Both the position numbers and the translations under genes were made by a program. Source: Bordetella parapertussis (GTDB taxonomy: Bacteria > Pseudomonadota > Gammaproteobacteria > Burkholderiales > SG8-41). From it: a DNA stretch of 64,000 bases. The notes beneath the pieces were generated by a model that did not search any database, was not told the origin of the DNA, and saw nothing but the letters and a program-made list of their open reading frames with translations. This document shows, one piece after another, positions 35,576 to 44,776 of the stretch (the stretch's first letter is position 1; the number at the start of each line of letters is the position of its first letter). Location of the stretch: assembly GCA_945906815.1 (NCBI GenBank), contig CAMDRT010000003.1, positions 82,766 through 146,765 of the forward strand, in the 5' to 3' direction.

Positions 35576-36553
35576 ATGAAGCTACTGTTTGGTGCGTTCG
35601 CTGTGAGCTCAGTGGCCGCATTCGCGCAGCCCGCTTCGACGGGATCGGGACAGGGGTATCCGGTCAAACCGATCCGTTTGCTGATCGGCTTCGCGCCGGG
35701 CGGCGGCACGGATGTCGCGTCGCGGGTGCTCACGCATCACCTCTCGGAAAAATTCGGCCAGCCCATCGTCATTGATTATCGTCCGGGCGCGGCCGGCACC
35801 GTGGGCAATGCGCTCGCTGCAAAGGCGACACCCGATGGGTATACGTGGATCATGACCGCGGTGGGGCCGCATGTGATCGCGCCGAGTTACTACCGCGCAT
35901 TGCCGTACGACCCGTTTCGGGACTTTGCGGCGATAGCCATGGTGTCGATCAGTCCGTATTTGCTGGTGGTGCATCCGTCGGTAGACGCCAAAACGGTGCC
36001 GGAGCTTGTGGCCTTGCTGCGCAAGCGTGCGACCCCCGCCGCTTATGCCACCGCCGGCGCTGGCACGCCGAGTCATCTGGCGAGCGAGCTGTTCAAGATG
36101 ATGTCCAAGGTGGAATTGACCCATGTGCCGTACAAAGGCGCCGCGCCTGCGCTGGTGGATATTATCGGTGGACAGGTGCAGCTGGGATTCAGCGACATCA
36201 CCATTTCAGGCCCGCACCTTACCAGCGGACGCCTGCGCGCGCTGGCGACCAGTGGCAGCACGCGCACACCGTTGGCGCCTAATCTGCCGACAGTCGCCGA
36301 ATCGGGGTTACCGGGTTTTGAGGCGCTGGTGTGGTACGGCCTGGTCGGCCCCAGGGGCATGCCGGATGCCGTGGTGCGCCTGGTCAACACCGAGGTAAGC
36401 CGACTGCTCAATCTCGCGGAAGTAAGGGAGCGTTATGCCACGCTGGGCGCCACGCCGACGCCGGGAACACCCACTGATTTCTCGGCGCAGATCAAGCGCG
36501 ACTTCGACCAGTGGGCAAAGGTGATGCAATCGGCGGGGATCCGGCAGGAGTGA
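35576..36553 (+). CDS. Bug/TctC-family substrate-binding protein
   Basis: MKLLFGAFAVSSVAAFA signal peptide, then YPVKPIRLLIGFAPGGGTDVASRVL and PDGYTWI. Confidence 0.9.
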   Translation: MKLLFGAFAVSSVAAFAQPASTGSGQGYPVKPIRLLIGFAPGGGTDVASRVLTHHLSEKFGQPIVIDYRPGAAGTVGNALAAKATPDGYTWIMTAVGPHVIAPSYYRALPYDPFRDFAAIAMVSISPYLLVVHPSVDAKTVPELVALLRKRATPAAYATAGAGTPSHLASELFKMMSKVELTHVPYKGAAPALVDIIGGQVQLGFSDITISGPHLTSGRLRALATSGSTRTPLAPNLPTVAESGLPGFEALVWYGLVGPRGMPDAVVRLVNTEVSRLLNLAEVRERYATLGATPTPGTPTDFSAQIKRDFDQWAKVMQSAGIRQE

Positions 36554-36673
36554 GCATCGCGAGCGCCCGGCATCAGCAGTTGTCATGAGAGTTCATAGTG
36601 CCGGTGTTGATTTCTTTGGCCGCGCTTGCAAGAATGACCTAGAGATAAGCACTCTTACTGCAGGAGAAAAACC

Positions 36674-36827
36674 ATGTTACGAGCTCTGGCCTTGCTTGCC
36701 TGCGTTATCACCGCCAGCAGTTACATTGTCATCGAAAATCGCGGCGAATCTCAAGGCTACGGTGATTATCCAGCATGACCCGCGCGACCGTGGCATGCTG
36801 CCCGCATTTCCGGCTGCGGCGAAGTAG
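36674..36827 (+). pseudogene. MBL-fold lactonase-like gene reduced to a signal-peptide stub fused out of frame to its last ~30 codons
   Basis: AGGAGA RBS plus MLRALALLACVITASS. 36734-36821 then matches 30038-30125 (IAANLKATVIIQHDPRDRGMLPAFPAAAK*) at about 90% nt identity. Confidence 0.6.
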
Positions 36828-36894
36828 AGGAGCAAAGGGGGAGGTCTTTGAGTATCGTACGCTAACGGGATCTTTGACCCCGACCTTCTGAAGG

Positions 36895-37331
36895 GTGCTG
36901 CGAATTTCAGACTCAGGACGCGAGTGGGTGCATAACCCGCTGCTCGTCGTGGTGCATCCCTCGCTGCCGGTCAGGTCGGTCGGCGAACTGATTGCACTTG
37001 CACGATCCCGCCCCGCACAGCTTAATTTCGCCACCGGCGGCATCGGCTCGACGCCGCACCTGTCGATGGAGCTTTTCAGGCGCATGGCCAAACTTGACAC
37101 CGTGGCGATCCATTACAAAGGCGAAGGCGCTGCGCTGGTCGAAGTCATCGGCGGACATGTGCATTTTCTGGCCGCCAGCATATCGGTGCTGCTGCCCTAC
37201 CATCGCGGCGCAAAGTTGCGCGGCATCGCTGTCACCACGGCCAGGCGCTCGAACAGTTCAGCGGTTTCTTGAAAGAAGAATACGCCAAGTGGGGAAACAT
37301 CATTCGCGACCTGAATCTGCGCGCCGAGTGA
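36895..37331 (+). pseudogene. Bug/TctC gene remnant (N-terminus missing, internal deletion and frameshift)
   Basis: LLVVVHPSLPVRSVGELIALARSRPAQLNFATGGIGSTPHLSMELF...HYKGEGAALVEVIGGHV is the mid-section. A frame change then gives the Bug C-terminus LEQFSGFLKEEYAKWGNIIRDLNLRAE*. Confidence 0.65.
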
Positions 37332-37399
37332 TGGGGTAGCAATGGTTAGCGCGTTGCAATAGTGACATAGAGGCGAAAAGTGAAAAATATCAGGGCGTT

Positions 37400-38104
37400 A
37401 TGAGCATGACACACACCACCCCCATCAGCGTGCTGAGCGCCGGTTCCATCGAGCCCGGGCTGATCGCCGCGGTCGCCGCCTATAACGCGCAGGGCGCTGC
37501 GCAAGCCGCCATCACCTGGGCCACCACGCCGGCCATACGCGAGCGCATCGCCAACGGCGACGTTTTCGATATCGTGATTGCGGCCGACAATGCAGTGGAT
37601 GAATTCACGCAGCAACACAAAGTTGCGGGCGGCAAGCGCGTGCCCGTGGGCCGCGTGGGCGTAGGCGTGTTCGCGCGGGATGATGTCGATGTCCCCGACG
37701 TCGCCAGCGTGGACGCGCTGAAACGCGCCGTGCTGAATGCCCAATCGGTAGTGTTCAACCGCGCGACCAGCGGGCTTTACGTCGAATCGCTAATGAAGAA
37801 GCTGGGCTTGTATGAGCGGATTCAGGAAAAAACCCTACGCTTCGACAACGGCCCCGCGATGATGGCGCACCTGATCAACGGCAAGGGAAACGAAATCGCC
37901 TTCGGCGCCATCATCGAAATCCTGATGTTTCGGGAGCAGGGGCTCAAGCTGGCCGCCCCGCTGCCGGCGGAGGTGCAGCACTGGACGGCTTACGCAGCGG
38001 CACCGATGGTTGCGGCGCCGAATGGGGCAGGCGCACAGTCCTTGCTGAATTATCTGGCGACGGCGTCGGTGAAAGCCCTGTTCGCCACACATGGCATTGA
38101 GTGA
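37400..38104 (+). CDS. ModA-like periplasmic-binding-protein-fold protein without signal peptide
   Basis: 234 aa. MSMTHTTPISVLSAGSIEPGL begins directly with the first PBP beta-strand. It is the full-length paralogue of 27244..27819. Confidence 0.7.
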   Translation: MSMTHTTPISVLSAGSIEPGLIAAVAAYNAQGAAQAAITWATTPAIRERIANGDVFDIVIAADNAVDEFTQQHKVAGGKRVPVGRVGVGVFARDDVDVPDVASVDALKRAVLNAQSVVFNRATSGLYVESLMKKLGLYERIQEKTLRFDNGPAMMAHLINGKGNEIAFGAIIEILMFREQGLKLAAPLPAEVQHWTAYAAAPMVAAPNGAGAQSLLNYLATASVKALFATHGIE

Positions 38105-38116
38105 TTATGTCGAAAT

Positions 38117-38138
38117 CCGTGAGAGCGACGGTTTTTTT
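38117..38138 (+). terminator. weak candidate intrinsic terminator after the ModA-like gene
   Basis: ccgt-gagagcg-acgg hairpin (4-5 bp stem only) followed by a T7 run, 13 nt after the stop codon. Confidence 0.3.
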
Positions 38139-38269
38139 GAGCGCGGGTCATCGTGACGTGATGGTCAGGCGCGCACGCGAGTTCAGGCACGAATTCTCCG
38201 GCTGAAGCTGGGCAACACGGGCGACGCAGTCCCTGCTTGAGATTGCGGGTATTCCAGATTGCCGTGACG

Positions 38270-38464
38270 CTACCCATACGGCTGGCGGTTTTTAAGCCGT
38301 GCCTGCGCCAGACAGCGCAGACAGAGGGTCAGCGCCTTGACGTGCATTGCCGCCTCGAAGGAAATCTTGAGGTGGCTGCGCGCATACGCAGCCCGCAAAA
38401 AGGTGTCGTTGTGGGCATCGAACTCGAACGGCAGCTCGAGCTGGTGATGAGGGATCATGTTCAT
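38270..38464 (-). CDS. small orphan hypothetical protein (64 aa)
   Basis: GGAGGAG RBS 3-4 nt before ATG 38464. Strongly G/C-biased third codon positions. MNMIPHHQLELPFEFDAHNDTFLRAAYARSHLKISFEAAMHVKALTLCLRCLAQARLKNRQPYG. No family recognised. Confidence 0.45.
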   Translation of the reverse strand: MNMIPHHQLELPFEFDAHNDTFLRAAYARSHLKISFEAAMHVKALTLCLRCLAQARLKNRQPYG

Positions 38465-39030
38465 ACGCTCCTCCATATCCGGGTGATCGGCGACCTCCAC
38501 ACGCAGGCAGCGCTACACCGGTGAACAGGATTATCGGCGGTTGGCACGCATTTCCAAGGCGGGACTACGCGGGTTTTTCCCTGCGATATCAGGATCGGCC
38601 GGCAGCGGGAAAATGCGCACATTTGAAACTACGCGCCACGCCTGAACAGGTGCCAGGCGCCACGTACTTTTGGCCAAGGTAACCCCCAAACATGAGTTTG
38701 AGGGTGGTCATCTTCCGTCCGCATCAGGTACACCCGTTACAAAGGGCGCGCACAACAGCGGATGTCTCGGTTAATAACCTGTCAATATCGTTATGCTTGA
38801 AAGTTGCCTTGGCCAGAAGTACGCGGTTAATAAGATTAACGACCGTACGCTGTAAAAGTTGAGATTTCTTTATTTGAAGTATGGTAACTATTCAGCTTCC
38901 TGCGGTGCCCGAAAATCTCTCCCTTACCCTCGCCCCCTCTCCTCGCGCAACGCGTTTCGCGCGAAATATCCGGACTGGGCCAGCCGCTGCGCGTACACTC
39001 GGCGACGGCGATTTACGCGGTGTTGCCCTA

Positions 39031-40008
39031 ATGTCCTTGGAGAGAAAAATTAGCAAGTATTTGTTTTTATTTATTATTTTTAATTTCCCCTGCACCGGTG
39101 TCGAAGCGCAACCCTATCCCGCGCGACCGCTACGGCTGGTGGTGCCGGTGCCGCCGGGCGGCAGCAACGATATTCTGTCGCGCATCACCGCGCAAACCAT
39201 GAGTCCCGGTCTCGGCCAGCCTGTGGTGATCGATAACCGCGCCGGCGCCGCCGGTATGATCGGCGCTGACAACGTCGCAAAATCAGCGCCCGACGGCTAC
39301 AGCATCCTCAACATACAGGCGTCGTTTGTCGCCAACGCGGCGCTGCGTACTAAATTGCCCTACGACACGCTCAACGATTTCGCGTTTGTCGGCATGATGG
39401 CGCGCGCGCCGCTGCTGGCGGTGGTGCATCCTTCGCTGCCGGTCAAAAACATCAAGGCGTTGGTGGCGCTCGCCAAATCGCGCCCCGGGCAAATCAACTA
39501 CGGCACGCCCGGCATCGGCAGCCACACGCATTTGTCCACGGAACTGTTTCGCAGAATGGCCGGTATTGACATCGTGCACGTGCCGTACAAAGGGATAGCG
39601 CCCGCGCTGACCGATTTGATGGGCGGGCATCTGCAACTGGCGATGACCAGTCCGCCGTCCGTGATGTCGCTGGTGCAGAGTGGGCGCTTGAGAGCACTCG
39701 CCGTGGGCAGCGAAAAACGCAGCGTGTTTCTGCCCGACATTCCTACCATCGCCGAATCCGGCTTCGGCGACTATCGGGCCGATTATTGGTGGGGCATTGC
39801 GGCACCGGCAAAAACGCCGGTTGAAATCGTCAATCGCCTTGCCGCTGAGCTCAGCAAGGCGCTGCAATCGGCGGAGTTGAGGCAACGCTACGCCGCGGAG
39901 GGCGCCGAACCCGCGGTGATGACACGCGAGCAGTTGCAGCAATTCATCGCCACTGACATTGCGCGCTGGCGGCAAGTCGCGCGTGACGCCAACGTCAGGG
40001 CGGAATAG
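39031..40008 (+). CDS. Bug/TctC-family substrate-binding protein
   Basis: Internal ATG of track ORF 38881..40008. AT-rich signal peptide MSLERKISKYLFLFIIFNFPCTGVEA, then YPARPLRLVVPVPPGGSNDILSRIT and PDGYSIL. Confidence 0.85.
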   Translation: MSLERKISKYLFLFIIFNFPCTGVEAQPYPARPLRLVVPVPPGGSNDILSRITAQTMSPGLGQPVVIDNRAGAAGMIGADNVAKSAPDGYSILNIQASFVANAALRTKLPYDTLNDFAFVGMMARAPLLAVVHPSLPVKNIKALVALAKSRPGQINYGTPGIGSHTHLSTELFRRMAGIDIVHVPYKGIAPALTDLMGGHLQLAMTSPPSVMSLVQSGRLRALAVGSEKRSVFLPDIPTIAESGFGDYRADYWWGIAAPAKTPVEIVNRLAAELSKALQSAELRQRYAAEGAEPAVMTREQLQQFIATDIARWRQVARDANVRAE

Positions 40009-40030
40009 GCAACGCGATCCTGGTTAACTC

Positions 40031-40648
40031 TTATGCGTTATGCACCGCCAGCACGGCTTTGACCGCCGGGCGTTCGTTCATGCGCTTGTAGTGGTCGTGC
40101 ACCTTGGGGAATTTCGCGATGTCGACCTGGTCGCCCGCGAGCCAGCCGCTGATGGTGTAGAGATAGGGGTCACAGATGCTGTAGGCAGCGCCCATTACCC
40201 ACGGGCCTTTCAGATATTCGTTCTCGATCAGGCTATAGCAGTCGGCCATGTTTTGCGGCACTTTCGCCTTCATCGTTTCCTGTGCCGCGGCATCGTCCGA
40301 CCAGCGTGCGGCGCGCCGCCCGTGCGCGTGCGCCGGATGCACAGTGGCACACAGGTAGCTGTTGAAAGCTTGTGCTACAGCGAACTCATACGGATCGGCC
40401 GGCGCCAGCTTCGCCTGCGGATAGGTCTGCGCGATCCAGCTGAGGATCGCCGGGGTTTCGGTCAGAATGCCGCGCTCGGTGATCAGCGCGGGCACGCGGC
40501 CCTTAGCATTCACTTTCAGGTATTCGGGCTTGCGTTGATCGCCTTGCGCGAAATCGAGTTTTACGGTCTCGTATTTTGCGCCGGCTTCTTCGAGCGCGAT
40601 GTGCGATGCCAGCGCGCAGGTGCCAGTCGCCCAGAACAGTTTCAGCAT
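40031..40648 (-). CDS. glutathione S-transferase
   Basis: 205 aa. MLKLFWATGTCALASHIALEEAG...KGRVPALITERGILTETPAILSWIA is the GST N-terminal thioredoxin-like domain. Confidence 0.9.
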   Translation of the reverse strand: MLKLFWATGTCALASHIALEEAGAKYETVKLDFAQGDQRKPEYLKVNAKGRVPALITERGILTETPAILSWIAQTYPQAKLAPADPYEFAVAQAFNSYLCATVHPAHAHGRRAARWSDDAAAQETMKAKVPQNMADCYSLIENEYLKGPWVMGAAYSICDPYLYTISGWLAGDQVDIAKFPKVHDHYKRMNERPAVKAVLAVHNA

Positions 40649-40821
40649 GGCAGTTCTCCTTGGTCAAATTTCGCCCGGACGGGCTGGACTATAGTCGGTA
40701 CGGCATCGATTGTATGTCATATTCGAGCTGTCGCCGATGGGCTTGCAACCGTCTTTATCCTTGGAAGTCCGTAGTACATTGTTGGCAATAGCCATAAAAC
40801 AAATAGCCCAATTGAACTGAC

Positions 40822-41796
40822 ATGACCAACGTGAAACCCTTACGCATTATCGCAATACTCCCGACGCTGCTGCTCGCTACCGCGCATGCGCAAACCGCCT
40901 ACCCGGTTAAAGCCGTGCGCATTGTGGTGCCGTTTCCGGCCGGCGGGTCTCTCGATGTGGTGGTGCGTGTCCTTGTGTCGCGGTTGTCTGAAGCGCTTGG
41001 CCACCCGCTCATTGTCGATAATCGCGGCGGCGCGGGCGGCGCCACCGGTACCGAACTGGTGGCGAAATCGGCGCCCGATGGTTATACCGTTCTGGCGGGC
41101 ACCATTGGCGGGTTGGCGGTATCGCCCACGCTGAACCCAAAGCTCGGCTACAACACGCTGCGCGATCTGGCGCCGGTGGTGCAATTGGTGAATGTGTCTT
41201 ATATCGTGACGCTGCATCCATCGGTGCCCGCGAAGTCGATCCGGGAATTGCTGGCGCTGGCGAAATCGCGTCCGGGTAAATTGAACTATGGCTCGTCAGG
41301 CGCGGGCACGGGCCCGCATCTGGCGGGTGAATTGCTGAACATGATGGCTGGCGTGAGCATAGTGCATGTACCCTACAAAGGCAGCGCGCCCGCGCAAACC
41401 GCGTTGATGTCGGGAGAAGTGGATTTGAATTTTGAAAATACGCTGCTGGTGTTGCCACAGCTTAAGGCCGGACGGCTGCGTCCGATTGCGGCCACCGGCA
41501 CCACGCGCTCGAAATTGTTGCCGGATTTGCCCACTGTAGCCGAAGCCGGGTTGCCCGGCTTTAGCGCCAGCGGCTGGTACGGCATGATGGTACCGGTGGC
41601 TGTGTCAAAAGACATCATCGGCAAACTCAACGCCGAGATAACGCGCGTGTTGCGCACGCCGGATATCGCGGATCGCCTCAACAACATGGCGGCCGAACCG
41701 GCGCCTGGCACGCCAGAGCAATTCGGTGCGTTCATCCGCAGCGAGATCGGCAAGTGGGCAAAAGTGGTAAAGGCGGCGAACATGAAGGTAGATTAA
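40822..41796 (+). CDS. Bug/TctC-family substrate-binding protein
   Basis: YPVKAVRIVVPFPAGGSLDVVVRVL and PDGYTVL. 324 aa with a signal peptide. Confidence 0.9.
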   Translation: MTNVKPLRIIAILPTLLLATAHAQTAYPVKAVRIVVPFPAGGSLDVVVRVLVSRLSEALGHPLIVDNRGGAGGATGTELVAKSAPDGYTVLAGTIGGLAVSPTLNPKLGYNTLRDLAPVVQLVNVSYIVTLHPSVPAKSIRELLALAKSRPGKLNYGSSGAGTGPHLAGELLNMMAGVSIVHVPYKGSAPAQTALMSGEVDLNFENTLLVLPQLKAGRLRPIAATGTTRSKLLPDLPTVAEAGLPGFSASGWYGMMVPVAVSKDIIGKLNAEITRVLRTPDIADRLNNMAAEPAPGTPEQFGAFIRSEIGKWAKVVKAANMKVD

Positions 41797-41859
41797 TCTG
41801 CCAACCCGGCACCGCCCGCTGCTCAGGTTGCGTCAGGCGAAAACATACAGGAGATCAGA

Positions 41860-42801
41860 ATGGATTTGCAGGTCTACGGAATGCGCAATGTGATGGAGTT
41901 GGCCACAACACTCATCGCCGTGGACGCCATGTCCGGCGGCAAGGCGACGGTGCATCATGGCAATGTGGCCCATCTGGTTGGCGCCGATGCCTCGATGAAC
42001 TCGGCGGCCTCGATCAACACGCCCGAGGCAAAGGCCATCGCGGCGGAGGCGGCGCTGCCGCTGGCCGATGTTGCGACGAATTACGATACGCAGTTCCTGC
42101 GTTTTTCGGTGCAGCGGCCGGACATGCGCATCCTCTTCACCGTGACGCGCGGCCTCTATCACATCGTGGCGCGCCGCTCCGCCGGCATTGCTTCAGTCAA
42201 GGATCTGCGCGGCAAGCGCGTGGCCACCTACCCGCGCACGTCTTCGGGCTACTATCTCTACAAGGCACTCGAAGCCAACGGACTGCGGGAGACGGATATC
42301 GAGATCGTCGGGCTGGCCCCGATTTTCGAGATCTCCAAGGCCCTTATAGACAAGCGCGTGGATGCGATCACCATCTGGGAGCCAGCAGCACAGGCGGCAC
42401 TGGATGGTCTCGGTGCGGATGCCATCGAACTGAAAACGCCCGGCGTCTATCTTCCACAATTCAATCTGAACACCACAACCGGAAAACTCGCCGATCCCGG
42501 CAAGCGCAGGCAGATGGTGGAGCTGACACGCCACATTATCAGGGCGTCGAAACAGGTGAAGGAACAACCGCAGATCGGCTGCGACTGGCTGGCGCAGGCC
42601 AGTGGATTTGAACGCGGGCTGATCGAGCGCTCTTTCCATCAGCATGATTACTGCGCCAGCATCGCGCCGGATCAACTCGAGGTGCTGGTCGATCAGGACA
42701 AATGGGTGGCGCGGGAACAGGGGCGCATGCCGCGCTCGCGCGAGGCATTATCAACGTTGCTGGATTACAGTGTCTACCACGAGGCGGTAGCCGGTATGTA
42801 A
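41860..42801 (+). CDS. NMT1/THI5-like (SsuA/TauA-type) binding-protein-fold protein without signal peptide
   Basis: 313 aa. VKDLRGKRVATYPRTSSGYYLYKALEANGLRETDIEIVGL...VDAITIWEPAAQAAL is the typical NitT/TauT SBP core. The N-terminus is not hydrophobic. Confidence 0.65.
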   Translation: MDLQVYGMRNVMELATTLIAVDAMSGGKATVHHGNVAHLVGADASMNSAASINTPEAKAIAAEAALPLADVATNYDTQFLRFSVQRPDMRILFTVTRGLYHIVARRSAGIASVKDLRGKRVATYPRTSSGYYLYKALEANGLRETDIEIVGLAPIFEISKALIDKRVDAITIWEPAAQAALDGLGADAIELKTPGVYLPQFNLNTTTGKLADPGKRRQMVELTRHIIRASKQVKEQPQIGCDWLAQASGFERGLIERSFHQHDYCASIAPDQLEVLVDQDKWVAREQGRMPRSREALSTLLDYSVYHEAVAGM

Positions 42802-42825
42802 ATGCCCCAGGAGCGAAACGGACTG

Positions 42826-43812
42826 TTACTCGATTTGCATCTTTCGATCTTTGACCAGGCGCGCGTATTTTTGGACCTCAGAGGCGAGCAGGGTGCCCAG
42901 TTCGTCGGCTGTACTGGCCATGATCTCGAACTCCTCGTGCCGGGTGCGTAGAACAATATCCTGCAGTCGAAGCACGTCTTTCAACTTCGCGTTCAGCGTG
43001 TTGACTATGGCGCGCGGCGTTCCTTTGGGTGCCATCAGCCAGTGCCATGCGGAGAATTCGAACCCTGGAACGCCGCTCTCGATCACGGTAGGCACCTGCG
43101 GCATCGAGAATGCGCGCTGGGTGCCTGTGACCGCGATGGCGCGCATGCGGCCTGAGGCGACATGCTGGGTTGCCCCGGCAATCGCGAGGTAACTCATGGA
43201 GACTTCACCGCTCATGATCGCGATGATCACGGGCCCGCCGCCCTTGAAGTGCACGGGCGTCATGGTGACACCGGTCAGCATGCTGAACAGTTCGCCGGCA
43301 ATGTGCGGATTGGAGCCGGCGCCGGCGGTGCCGTAGTTGATCTGGTCTGGCCTGGATTTGGCGAGCGCAATCAACTCGCGCACGTTCTTCACCGGCACGG
43401 AGGGATGCAGGGCGATCATCGAGCCCTGATTGACCATCAGCATCACCGGTTCGAAGTCGCGCAACACGTCGTATGGCGGCTTGCTATGCAACGCCGGATT
43501 GGCGACGAAGGGCAGCGTGTTTGAAAGCAATGTGTAGCCGTCGGGCGCCGAGCGTGCAACCGCCACCGTGCCGATGGTGCCGGACGCGCCGCTGCGATTG
43601 TCAACGATGACTTGTTGCCCCAACGCCTCCGCCAGCTTCGGGCTTAGCAGCCGCGCGAGCACGTCGCCGCTGCCGCCAGGCGGAAACGGCATGATCCAGC
43701 GAATGGGTTTTACGGGGTAGCTGGCGCCTTGATTACCTTGGGCGAGCACAGACCCAAGAGTCAGGATCGCCAGGCCCAACGCCGACCCCCAATACACAAC
43801 ACGGTTCTTCAT
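42826..43812 (-). CDS. Bug/TctC-family substrate-binding protein
   Basis: YPVKPIRWIMPFPPGGSGDVLARLL and PDGYTLL. 328 aa. Confidence 0.9.
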   Translation of the reverse strand: MKNRVVYWGSALGLAILTLGSVLAQGNQGASYPVKPIRWIMPFPPGGSGDVLARLLSPKLAEALGQQVIVDNRSGASGTIGTVAVARSAPDGYTLLSNTLPFVANPALHSKPPYDVLRDFEPVMLMVNQGSMIALHPSVPVKNVRELIALAKSRPDQINYGTAGAGSNPHIAGELFSMLTGVTMTPVHFKGGGPVIIAIMSGEVSMSYLAIAGATQHVASGRMRAIAVTGTQRAFSMPQVPTVIESGVPGFEFSAWHWLMAPKGTPRAIVNTLNAKLKDVLRLQDIVLRTRHEEFEIMASTADELGTLLASEVQKYARLVKDRKMQIE

Positions 43813-43973
43813 GATTACCCTTTAGGAGGATGAAACAGTCGAGGAGGCTACGTCGCATCGTCGCGTAACGCAAAACACACAGGCGTAGTCTTTCGCGGCG
43901 TAGCGCCGATACCGCGCGAGCGGCGGTATCCTGCGCGCTATGCAAAATTCAATTTCTTCATCATCTACAGTCG

Positions 43974-44738
43974 CTAGTCGTCATCCTGGGGAAATCGCAT
44001 CACCAGGGCCTCGAGCCCATTGCGGCCCGCACTGATTTCGAATGTGTTGTCGTTGGGCTCAACGAAAACTATCGACCAGGCAGGCAAGCTCTGGCCGCGG
44101 GTCTCCAGACTGCCGTTGGCGACGAAAACATAATAGCCGCCGCCGACCTTGGGATCTGGCCCCATGGCCGACATGCCGCTGCCGAGCCGCAGCAATTGAG
44201 CCGACATCTCGTCGCTAATTTTCTCTGGCTCGAACACGGGTTCCCACGAGACTTCCTCGCGAAACTGCAGCACCGGCCGGGTGGACAAGCCTATATGCGG
44301 CGATACCCAGTTGCGCCGCTTGCTGGGTTTAAGTTTTTCCTTGTAACCCGGTTTGCTCAGATACACCGGCGCGGAATCGCCCATGCGGTTGCGCAGCGCG
44401 ATAAACGTCAGCCCATGCTGCCCGGCGATGAGCGGTCCGTAGGCGCTGTGGTGATCCTTGTACTGGAGCATCAGCGGGCGCACCTCTGTTTTGGCCATCA
44501 TCCCCGCGCCCGACGGAAAAATCTGGAATTGGGCGACGCCGTGAAAATGCGGCAGTATGGTCTCGTTCGCACGCATTTGCGTCATCAGTGCTTGTGGTGC
44601 TTGTCGCCCGGAGGGAATTTCGGCCGTGCTGTAGCGCGGTCCGAAATAGGAGGCGCCCCAGTGTGCGATGCCTGTGCCTGGAGAGATCACCGCCTGCAGA
44701 TTGTCGATGACCTCGGTGCCGTCCTTGGTGTGTATCAT
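43974..44738 (-). CDS. cupin-like (possibly bicupin) hypothetical protein
   Basis: 254 aa. ILPHFHGVAQFQIFPSGAG is cupin motif-1-like. A second beta-rich half contains YYVFVANGSLE. No precise family recognised. Confidence 0.55.
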   Translation of the reverse strand: MIHTKDGTEVIDNLQAVISPGTGIAHWGASYFGPRYSTAEIPSGRQAPQALMTQMRANETILPHFHGVAQFQIFPSGAGMMAKTEVRPLMLQYKDHHSAYGPLIAGQHGLTFIALRNRMGDSAPVYLSKPGYKEKLKPSKRRNWVSPHIGLSTRPVLQFREEVSWEPVFEPEKISDEMSAQLLRLGSGMSAMGPDPKVGGGYYVFVANGSLETRGQSLPAWSIVFVEPNDNTFEISAGRNGLEALVMRFPQDDD

Positions 44739-44776
44739 GGTGACGAGCTCATGGGATGAAGGCAGTGGAATTCGTA

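Noticed and set aside
27244-38104. Integrated genomic island or ICE bounded by direct repeats of the ModA-like gene 3' end.
   Set aside because: There is no integrase, recombinase, transposase, conjugation gene or tRNA. The repeats are only about 80% identical at the protein level, and the truncated copy lies upstream of the intact one. That geometry is opposite to classic 3'-end integration. Old segmental duplication with decay fits better.
38881-39030. Extended N-terminus (start 38881) for the Bug gene.
   Set aside because: The extension reads through a REP-like half-site and a palindrome (LSLTLAPSPRATRFAR...). The internal ATG at 39031 gives a normal signal peptide directly followed by the Bug motif.
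43908-43930. Hairpin GATACCGC-gcgagcg-GCGGTATC as an intrinsic terminator after the bicupin gene.
   Set aside because: No U-run follows on the transcribed (minus) strand. It could equally be an operator or chance GC-rich symmetry, so it is not listed as a feature.
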